A stretch of 32,000 bases of DNA from Candidatus Saccharimonadota bacterium (GTDB lineage Bacteria > Patescibacteriota > Saccharimonadia > Saccharimonadales > UBA4665). Below are positions 25,580 through 32,000 of the stretch, one piece after another. Location of the stretch: assembly GCA_016699955.1 (NCBI GenBank), contig CP064993.1:120001-152000 (forward strand), read 5' to 3'. Numbering within the stretch: the stretch's first letter is position 1; each line of letters begins with the position of its first letter. The position numbers were made by a program, and so were the translations under genes. Under the pieces are notes generated by a model, which worked only from the letters and a program-made list of their open reading frames with translations, was not told where the DNA came from and did not search any database.

Positions 25580-26440
25580 TTACCGTTCGAGGTCGCGCAG
25601 CCGGTTGTGCGCGACAAATAAGACGCCAAATAGAATGAGCTGAATAACCAGAACTACTACAGCTCGGCCAGTCGTGAGTAGTGTGCCCAATCCGGTTATA
25701 AAGCTCAGCCCCGACAGCAATAAACCCTGGCCAATCAGCGCAAGTAGCACTAGTGTGGCGGTGGTTGCACCTCGCACGCTGGCAGTAAAAAACAAATAGA
25801 TAAACATTGATGTGTAGATAATAATTTGAATGAGAGTTGGAGCTGCGAGTCGAAAAAATGCTCCGCTCATGTACTGGTGAGATACCGAGAATACCAGGTA
25901 GAGCGTGAGACCAAATAGCACCATGCCGACGACAGCCGCAACTTGCAGCATAGAGACACGGGCAGCGACCCGACCCGTGGTTGACATCTCGCGCTCATCC
26001 TGCCGTAAGTCCTGGCCAGCGTGATTGGGTTCTGGCGAGACAGGGGGCATAAGCGAGACTTGTGGAGTTGCCAATAGACTGTCCGATACGGCGGGGGCTA
26101 CCCCGGGCGTTACAACGGACGCCTGCGGAGCTAAGTTTGTCGGGGCTGGTGTTGCGACAATGCCTGGCTGTTGCGCTGGTGTACTTGAGGTTGTTTCCGT
26201 GGCTCGAGGTATTGACGGCGCAACGGAATAGCCTGACAAGTCATTTACTGGAGTCAACGTAACTTTTTTCGCCGCCGAGAACGTTGTCTGTGATTTGCTA
26301 GTTACGTCTGCCCCGCCTGAAAATTGAGACTGGCCACCGGCCACAAAACTGTCGTCAGCTGTTCTGAGACGCTCTTCTTCGAGCGCTGCCATTTCAGCGG
26401 GTGAAAGATGTGGCTGAGTCGCCGGTTGATCTTCATCCAT
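25580..26440 (-). CDS. Hypothetical membrane protein: disordered Pro/Thr/Ser/Ala-rich N-terminal half, 4-5 TM helices in the C-terminal half
   Basis: 286-aa ORF. Hydrophobic stretches VAAVVGMVLFGLTLYLVF, LIQIIIYTSMFIYLFF, ATLVLLALIGQGLLLSGLSFITGL, VVVLVIQLILFGVLFVA. Confidence 0.65.
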   Translation of the reverse strand: MDEDQPATQPHLSPAEMAALEEERLRTADDSFVAGGQSQFSGGADVTSKSQTTFSAAKKVTLTPVNDLSGYSVAPSIPRATETTSSTPAQQPGIVATPAPTNLAPQASVVTPGVAPAVSDSLLATPQVSLMPPVSPEPNHAGQDLRQDEREMSTTGRVAARVSMLQVAAVVGMVLFGLTLYLVFSVSHQYMSGAFFRLAAPTLIQIIIYTSMFIYLFFTASVRGATTATLVLLALIGQGLLLSGLSFITGLGTLLTTGRAVVVLVIQLILFGVLFVAHNRLRDLER

Positions 26441-26513
26441 GCTTCGTATACCCTTTGTGTGAATATTACTTGCTTAAGGCTCAACAATCAAGCAACAAAT
26501 AGTCATATTTAAG

Positions 26514-26601
26514 TGGTGGGCGAGGTGGGACTTGAACCCACAAGGTTGTTGAGACCAGCGGATTTTAAGTCCGCCGCGTATACCAATTCCGCCACTCGCC
26601 C
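26514..26601 (-). tRNA. tRNA-Leu (anticodon UAA), type II with long variable arm, CCA encoded
   Basis: Folded by hand. Acceptor GGGCGAG/CTCGCCC. Anticodon stem GCGGA/TCCGC with loop CTTAAAA. Long variable arm. Canonical T arm GTGGG-TTCAAGT-CCCAC. Discriminator A plus CCA. Confidence 0.9.
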
Positions 26602-26771
26602 GCGTGAATCGACAGCTTCACTCATTTTACCAAATATGTTTCCGGATTCCTTATGAAACATGCTGAGATTCTTAAGAAAAGACAGCAAACTGCGTACGGA
26701 CTAGGAGGGTCACGCGTTTTACCCTGTAAGTTTACGCCTCTAAACCTCGACATATGTGAGACTAAGGTTGG

Positions 26772-27719
26772 TTACCAGGAGCCGCCGGAGCCGCCGCCAC
26801 CGAAACTGCCGCCACTGAAACCACCAAACCCGCCACCTGAACCGCTGCCAAAACCGCCACTTCCCCCAAAGAAGCCGCCGCCGCTACCCCAAAAACCGGT
26901 ATTGTCGCCGCTGGCGGCTCGCGCTCGATAGTTTTTCGATAGCAGATAATCCAATAAAAGACCGAAGAGTAATCCCAGGCTAAAAACTACAGAAGCCAGA
27001 AGTGCAGTCGCAGTGAAAAAGAGGATCACGCCTGGCAAAGCGCCAAACACCCCGCCTGCCCACCAACTCTTACTTCGAGCTAGGAACGATAAGAGGTAGG
27101 CCACCACGAAGAATCCAGCATAAACAAAGAACTCGATAGCGCTACTACTCTTAGTGGTCTTTTTGGGCTCGCTGAGTCTTTCACCGCCTATGACACTAAT
27201 CATGCTTTCGACACCGGCTGTAATACCAGCTGTGTAGTTACCTTTTTTAAATTCAGGGTTCACCTTCTGACTCAAAATCAGGCTTGATTGTAGATCAGTC
27301 AGGTACGGTTCCAACCCCCGCCCTACCTGAATGTAATCTTTGTGGTCTTCGACGGCTACAAAGAGCAGTGCGCCGTTGTTGGCTTGGCTGCTACCAATGC
27401 CCCAGGCCTGAGCAACCCGGTGGCTGTACTCAAAATTATCCTCACCCTGCAGGCTTTGTATAGTCAGCACCGCGATTTCGTTGCCTGTTTTGGCTTTATA
27501 GTCGATGAGTTTCTGACTAAGCTGCGCCTCGGCCGCGTCGTCAATAACCTTTGCTTGGTCCAGGATGGCTGTACGCGACGGCGCGGTCGGCACATCGAGC
27601 GCAAAAACCGGGCGCGAAAAACTTATCGTCAATCCTAAGACTGCTGCAGATATGATTATATGTTTTCGTGTCATGGTGAAGTACGCAAGCCAAAGTTGAA
27701 ACCCTTCGGCGCGTCGCAT
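26772..27719 (-). CDS. TPM-domain (YgcG-like) protein with TM helices and a Gly-rich C-terminal tail
   Basis: ILDQAKVIDDAAEAQLSQKLIDYKAKTGNEIAVLTIQSL...NGALLFVAVEDHKDYIQVGRGLE is a TPM-type pattern. The tail GGGFFGGSGGFGSGSGGGFGGFSGGSFGGGGSGGSW is typical of this family. Alternative start at 27674 (MTRKHIIISAAVLGLTISFSRPVFA). Confidence 0.8.
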   Translation of the reverse strand: MRRAEGFQLWLAYFTMTRKHIIISAAVLGLTISFSRPVFALDVPTAPSRTAILDQAKVIDDAAEAQLSQKLIDYKAKTGNEIAVLTIQSLQGEDNFEYSHRVAQAWGIGSSQANNGALLFVAVEDHKDYIQVGRGLEPYLTDLQSSLILSQKVNPEFKKGNYTAGITAGVESMISVIGGERLSEPKKTTKSSSAIEFFVYAGFFVVAYLLSFLARSKSWWAGGVFGALPGVILFFTATALLASVVFSLGLLFGLLLDYLLSKNYRARAASGDNTGFWGSGGGFFGGSGGFGSGSGGGFGGFSGGSFGGGGSGGSW

Positions 27720-27728
27720 AAGTCAAAT

Positions 27729-28304
27729 CTAGTTAGTTAAATTGACTTTTGGAGCAGTCTCTGCCCCTGAGTCTGCAGTGTAAAGAGCTTTTTTCTCAAA
27801 GCCGAACATACCAGCCAGAATATTCTTCGGGAAACGCTGAATCATTGTGTTGTAGGTGGTTGCAGCGGCACTATAATTATCGCGCTCTACCTTGACACGA
27901 TTTTCTGTACCCTCAAGCTGAATCATGAGGTTCTGGACTGTTTCAGTACTTCTAAGCTCGGGGTAATTTTCTACCACCACAAGCAAGCGACTCAGCGCAC
28001 TTTCGTATTGCTGAGAGGCAGCCAGTTTATCTTCAGTTGTTTTGGCACCGCCATACTGTGTCCGAGCGGCGGCGATATCACCAAAAACTTTTTGTTCCTG
28101 TGCCTGAGCGCCCTTCACACTTTCGACTAGGTTTGGCACTAGGTCGAATCGGCGCTGGTAAGCGCTAGCGAGCTGGGCAGCCGCCTGATCCACTTTATTA
28201 CGCTGCGTCACCATACCGTTGTAGCCGCCGACAAACCAGCCGAGCAGGCTCAGCAGCACGACGCCAACAACGCCCAGAGTTATAAGACCCTTTGATAACT
28301 TCAT
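27729..28304 (-). CDS. lemA: LemA family protein
   Basis: N-terminal TM helix, then GYNGMVTQRNKVDQAAAQLASAYQRRFDLVPNLVESVKG and ENRVKVERDNYSAAATTYN. GGAGGA Shine-Dalgarno. Forms the usual lemA-TPM pair. Confidence 0.9.
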   Translation of the reverse strand: MKLSKGLITLGVVGVVLLSLLGWFVGGYNGMVTQRNKVDQAAAQLASAYQRRFDLVPNLVESVKGAQAQEQKVFGDIAAARTQYGGAKTTEDKLAASQQYESALSRLLVVVENYPELRSTETVQNLMIQLEGTENRVKVERDNYSAAATTYNTMIQRFPKNILAGMFGFEKKALYTADSGAETAPKVNLTN

Positions 28305-28532
28305 TTTGTTTCCTCCATTAGTAATATCAATTATATCACTCTACGGAAGTATTATAAGGCAAATATTTAACCCTTGGGTGCTAGACTGTCGCTCGCTTGC
28401 ACCTGAAGACGCTAACGGTCGTGTTTACGCCATTACACAATCGTAGCATTGAGTATACTGCGATACTGTTGCGCTGGTCGGTAGGAAAGCTGTGACATAG
28501 GAAATTCGTTTGCAACTTATGCTTATGGTGCT

Positions 28533-30323
28533 ATGATGAGCTTCAGTATGTGGGTACAGATCCCCAATCCTTTTGATAACATCGGCTTGTCTGCGCTGGT
28601 TGCAGCAGTGCCTATAGTGGCCCTATGCGTTATGCTGCTCAGCCGCAAAGTGGCCGGGTGGCTGGCTAGCATTATTACGCTCGCCCTGGCACTCTGTGTA
28701 GCCCTGTTTGCTTTCGGCATGCCGGCAGACTTGGCGGTACTTTCGACAGCCTACGGTGCGCTACAGGGGCTGTTCCCAATTGGTTGGATTGTACTAAATG
28801 CTGTGCTTTTATATAACATCTCGGTGCGAACTGGCAGTTTTGCCATTGTGCGCGACACCATAGAGTCCATAACCGTCGACCGGCGGCTTCAGGCGCTGCT
28901 GATTGCGTTTTGTTTTGGAGCCTTTTTGGAAGGATCGGCTGGCTTCGGCGCACCCGTTGCAATAACGGCGGGGATGCTTGTTGGTCTAGGCTTTAACGCA
29001 CTCTATGCTGCCGGTATTTGTCTTATTGCAAATACCGCTCCAGTTGCGTTTGGAGGAATCGGCATTGCAGTCATTACGGCCGGTACGGTTACGGGAATAG
29101 ACCCAAACCTTATCAGTAAAATGGTCGGTCATCAGCTGCCATTCATTGCCGCTATCATTCCGTTGTGGCTAACCGTGCTCATTTCTGGCTGGAAGGGCGC
29201 AAAAGAAATCTGGCCGGCGCTATTAGTCGCAGGTGGCTCGTACGCGCTTACCATGTACGTTGTTGCTTCGTTTGTTGGGCCAATGTTGCCAGACATTCTT
29301 TCGGCGGTCGTCTCCATTAGTGCCATGGTACTATTGCTCAAGTTCTGGCAGCCGAAAACTGTCTGGCGGTTTCCAAAGGAACGCACTGAGAAAGCGAGCG
29401 TGCACCGCAAAACACACAGCCACTCCACGAGTACCATCATACGTGCCTGGACACCGTTTGTGCTCTTGGTAGTATTTGTCGGCAACTGGGGTAGCACCGG
29501 CATAAAAGCTCTGCTTGACCACACCAGCCTGAAGATGCCTTTTGGCGCACTCAATGAAGCAATTGTTGTTGGCGATAAAACAAAAGAAGTCGTTTACAAT
29601 TTTGGCTGGCTTTCGGCAGCCGGCACCGCCATACTACTGGCGGCAATTCTTTCTGCGATATTACTACGCATGCCGTGGCGCGCGTTTTGGGAAACCGTTA
29701 GACACACACTAAACGAGCTGGCTAAGCCACTGCTCACCATTGCCGCCGTGGTTGGGTTTGCCTATCTTGCAAATTTCTCCGGCATATCGGCGGCGCTTGG
29801 CAAGGCACTTACAGTAACCGGACATTGGTTCCCGCTCATTGCACCGCTACTCGGTTGGCTGGGTGTGTTTATAACAGGTAGCGACACATCATCGAACGCA
29901 CTATTTGGCGGCATACAACAACAAACTGCACGTACACTCGGTATTGATCCAACTTTGACGGTTGCTGCCAACACAAGCGGCGGCGTCACTGCGAAAATGA
30001 TTTCACCACAAAGCATTGCGGTTGCGACGGGTGCGACGGGACTGACTGGCCAGGAGGGTACGCTTTTTCGTTTTACCATTTTGCATAGCCTTGCGCTCGT
30101 AAGCATCATTGGCATCATGACCTATGTGCAAGCCTACTACGTGCCGTGGATGATACCGCAAGCCCACGGTGCCGCCGTAACAAGCAGTAGCAACGGACTT
30201 GGTTCAGGCGAGCTGACGTTAATTGTTATTTCAGTTGTAATGATTGTAGCCACCGCCGTAATCGCTCTGCGGCGCCGTCTTCCCGCACCGAAAAACCTAG
30301 CCGATTCCGCAGTAACAGAGTAA
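28533..30323 (+). CDS. lctP: L-lactate permease (LctP family)
   Basis: About 13 TM segments. N-terminal W.Q...P....LSALVAAVPIV. LEGSAGFGAPVAITAGMLVGLGF and GSDTSSNALFG blocks are characteristic of LctP/LldP. Confidence 0.85.
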   Translation: MMSFSMWVQIPNPFDNIGLSALVAAVPIVALCVMLLSRKVAGWLASIITLALALCVALFAFGMPADLAVLSTAYGALQGLFPIGWIVLNAVLLYNISVRTGSFAIVRDTIESITVDRRLQALLIAFCFGAFLEGSAGFGAPVAITAGMLVGLGFNALYAAGICLIANTAPVAFGGIGIAVITAGTVTGIDPNLISKMVGHQLPFIAAIIPLWLTVLISGWKGAKEIWPALLVAGGSYALTMYVVASFVGPMLPDILSAVVSISAMVLLLKFWQPKTVWRFPKERTEKASVHRKTHSHSTSTIIRAWTPFVLLVVFVGNWGSTGIKALLDHTSLKMPFGALNEAIVVGDKTKEVVYNFGWLSAAGTAILLAAILSAILLRMPWRAFWETVRHTLNELAKPLLTIAAVVGFAYLANFSGISAALGKALTVTGHWFPLIAPLLGWLGVFITGSDTSSNALFGGIQQQTARTLGIDPTLTVAANTSGGVTAKMISPQSIAVATGATGLTGQEGTLFRFTILHSLALVSIIGIMTYVQAYYVPWMIPQAHGAAVTSSSNGLGSGELTLIVISVVMIVATAVIALRRRLPAPKNLADSAVTE

Positions 30324-30393
30324 AACCTTTCTCTGTTATTTGACCATCCTAGGTGAAATTAGCTCTTAAACGTTAGGATTTTATCAGGCAAAG

Positions 30394-30792
30394 TTACAAA
30401 ATTTGCACGAGCTTTTTAGGACTAGCGATCACTTTATCTATGAGTGCGTCACGGCATGGGTCGCCCGTTTTTGGCTCAAGCGCAAATATGGGTTTGCCAA
30501 GCGCACTAGCATAGGCCATTTCCATCGTCACGCTCGCCCCAACATAATCATCTTTATTAAACACATAGCAAACTTCGGCCTTCCTAATCCAATCAAAATG
30601 CTCAAGCGTCAGGCCTTTGAAAACTTTGCTGGTAATAAACTCTGAGTGGAACGTGTCGGTTTCTGCCACTATATTATTTCCGCTCGGAAAACTTGGTTCA
30701 AAAACGAGCACACCAAACTTTTCCAGCTCTGCACAAAACGCCGCAATTTCCTCGCGGTATTTCTTACTGCCACAGACAACAACAGATTTCAT
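30394..30792 (-). CDS. Nucleoside 2-deoxyribosyltransferase-like small Rossmann-fold protein
   Basis: The track ORF extends to 30963, but that extension overlaps a hairpin and the 3' end of tRNA-Cys. The ATG at 30792 gives MKSVVVCGSKKYREEI... The pattern WIRKAEVCYVFNKDDYVGASVTMEMAYASALGKPIFAL resembles the NDT-like family (from memory). Confidence 0.5.
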   Translation of the reverse strand: MKSVVVCGSKKYREEIAAFCAELEKFGVLVFEPSFPSGNNIVAETDTFHSEFITSKVFKGLTLEHFDWIRKAEVCYVFNKDDYVGASVTMEMAYASALGKPIFALEPKTGDPCRDALIDKVIASPKKLVQIL

Positions 30793-30920
30793 ACGTTTAT
30801 TACCCCTAGATGCATCATACAGTCCACCCTGCATAAATCCAAAATAGCATGTTCTACAGTATGAGATAGCGCACATCATATGACAGAATGCGCAGGAGCT
30901 TAAACCAGACTTACATAAGA

Positions 30921-30954
30921 AGGCTCGTAGCCGAGCCCGTTTTCTAAAAAAAAA
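30921..30954 (-). terminator. Possible terminator region downstream of tRNA-Cys (T9 run plus GGCTCG-gcta-CGAGCC hairpin)
   Basis: On the minus strand the tRNA 3' CCA is followed directly by TTTTTTTTT, then the hairpin 30937-30922, then TTCTTATGT. Confidence 0.35.
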
Positions 30955-31028
30955 TGGAGGCACCTACGGGTAACGCTCCCGTCTACACGGTTTTGCAGAC
31001 CGTTGCCTAACTTCTCGGCCAAGGCGCC
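30955..31028 (-). tRNA. tRNA-Cys (anticodon GCA) with non-canonical T-loop and D-loop, CCA encoded
   Basis: Folded by hand. Acceptor GGCGCCT/AGGTGCC (one G-U pair). Discriminator U, the Cys identity element. 3-bp D stem with a G13-A22 mismatch. Anticodon stem ACGGT/ACCGT with loop CTGCAAA. T stem ACGGG/CCCGT. The T-loop is AGCGTTA instead of TTCRAnn, and the D-loop AGAAGTT has a single G. Confidence 0.75.
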
Positions 31029-31141
31029 AACAGAAGATAGTATATACCGACCACTGTATCTGACCAAATGACTAAACGCGGCTGTGATTTGACAATTGAG
31101 AGTATAATACGCTTAGTATTTCACTCAACAGAATAATAATC

Positions 31142-32000
31142 ATGCCGGAAATTGCGCAACCAGCCTCATTGACGGATCTTATGGGCACAGGCTACGAAGA
31201 TCGACTGTTCGATGCGCCCGAACCTCTTCGTCAAAACGCCAACCTCCCGGGCGGCATGGGTCCTATTATCACAATGCTACTAGAACAGCAGCGAGCTGCC
31301 TGGAAAGATCTAAGTATAAATTTTGCGGGGCTAGAGAAATTGAAACAGAGCCAGATGCGCCTAGCAGAAACGAGCGTGGTTATACAGCTCAATGAAAGGC
31401 GGGCTGGACGCGGAAAACCAACATGCTTTCTTGACGCACAAAGTCTGCCTGCAGAGCAAAAAGGAGTGTCATTAGCGGGCTTATTTGTGGCTTTTAACCC
31501 CTACGCTGTTCTTCTTCAGCATACCACTGGCATATTCCCACAGCATACTGACCAGTCGCTGGACAAACTGCTTGCCGCTTCTCTGAGGCTTGCAGTAGGC
31601 CTCGGCCAACCATCGGCAGTTTTTTATAATGGACCGCTGGCTGGCGCTTCAGCCCCACATCATGCACACATTCAGGCCGTACGCCACCCTCAGTTCCCCA
31701 TTGAGGCTAGCCTAGCGAGATTCGACAAAACTTCGGAGCAAAAAGCAGGGCAGTCAATATTGTACCTGCCGGAAAACTTAGGACGCACCGTTTTAGCTAT
31801 AGATAGCCCTAATATATCCAGTGCAGAAGATGCTGTGCGAAAGGTAATCGAGCGTTTACCCATGACGCCAGAAGACGGATACAACGAGCCTCGTGTCAAC
31901 CTCATGGTGCGGGCATTGGGTACGGGAACCCTGCGTGTTTTTATAGCGCCCCGAGAGGCAAGAGTAGTTACTCTGAAAAATGGATCCAAGCTTCGACCAG
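31142..32000 (+). CDS. GalT/Apa-branch HIT-superfamily nucleotidyltransferase/phosphorylase-like protein (ATP adenylyltransferase/DUF4922-like); 3' end beyond the right window edge
   Basis: Not in the track because it has no stop. I translated 286 codons from the ATG at 31142 and met no stop. The motif YNGPLAGASAPHHAHIQAV matches the N-x-G-x-x-A-G-A-S-x-x-H-x-H-x-Q signature of that branch. Confidence 0.6.
   Translation, partial: MPEIAQPASLTDLMGTGYEDRLFDAPEPLRQNANLPGGMGPIITMLLEQQRAAWKDLSINFAGLEKLKQSQMRLAETSVVIQLNERRAGRGKPTCFLDAQSLPAEQKGVSLAGLFVAFNPYAVLLQHTTGIFPQHTDQSLDKLLAASLRLAVGLGQPSAVFYNGPLAGASAPHHAHIQAVRHPQFPIEASLARFDKTSEQKAGQSILYLPENLGRTVLAIDSPNISSAEDAVRKVIERLPMTPEDGYNEPRVNLMVRALGTGTLRVFIAPREARVVTLKNGSKLRP

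Noticed and set aside
26653-26931. 92-aa proline-rich plus-strand ORF (PPEPPPPKLPPLKPPNPPPEP...)
   Set aside because: It is the reverse-complement reading of the GGN-rich glycine tail of the TPM-domain gene, so it is an artefact of codon complementarity.
31089-31108. TTGACA and TATAAT hexamers upstream of the right-edge gene
   Set aside because: The two consensus hexamers are only 8 nt apart, so they cannot work together as a -35/-10 pair. TATAAT (31103-31108) alone may be a -10, but that is unsupported.

Overview
Gene-dense bacterial chromosome fragment, mostly transcribed on the minus strand. No rRNA, CRISPR array, transposase or integrase was seen.

Housekeeping backbone: mnmA; an F1Fo ATP synthase operon in the order b-delta-alpha-gamma-beta-epsilon, with no a or c subunit gene next to it; a GalU-like nucleotidyltransferase; a class-V cysteine desulfurase; metG-tatD; a HIT protein; tRNA-Leu(UAA); a lemA-TPM pair; an L-lactate permease; tRNA-Cys(GCA); and a partial GalT/Apa-branch HIT-superfamily gene at the right edge.

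Accessory block (about 3.8-11.9 kb, between mnmA and the atp operon): it encodes only secreted or membrane-anchored proteins.
- Four paralogous secreted proteins all end in a 'P-[AG]-G-x-Y ... T-F-COOH' strand. Two of them form a 1369-bp tandem duplication with a roughly 1-kb, about 98% identical core.
- Alongside them are a DUF916/DUF3324-like C-terminally anchored protein, a PKD-domain anchored protein, and a divergently transcribed membrane-anchored beta-helix protein.
- This is my best candidate for an undescribed cell-surface assembly or adhesion system. Its gene architecture recalls the Csc/WxL loci of Firmicutes, but literal WxL motifs are absent.

Second candidate (the atp operon):
- The alpha subunit carries a roughly 185-aa acidic, Pro-rich C-terminal tail.
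- Epsilon lacks its C-terminal helical domain.
- The slot normally occupied by atpE holds a 277-aa secreted-domain protein whose C-terminal two-helix hairpin resembles a c subunit (RNP loop) but has no ion-binding carboxylate.

Other observations:
- A 20-nt palindrome-containing repeat occurs once in an intergenic region and once in frame inside tatD.
- The tRNA-Cys has a non-canonical T-loop and D-loop.
- Several intergenic repeats and palindromes are listed in the findings.

Taxonomy: short versions of housekeeping proteins (434-aa AtpD, 482-aa MetRS), overlapping genes and many anchored hypothetical surface proteins suggest a Patescibacteria/CPR (Saccharibacteria-like) genome. That is inference only.

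All family assignments come from motif recognition by eye. No database search was run.
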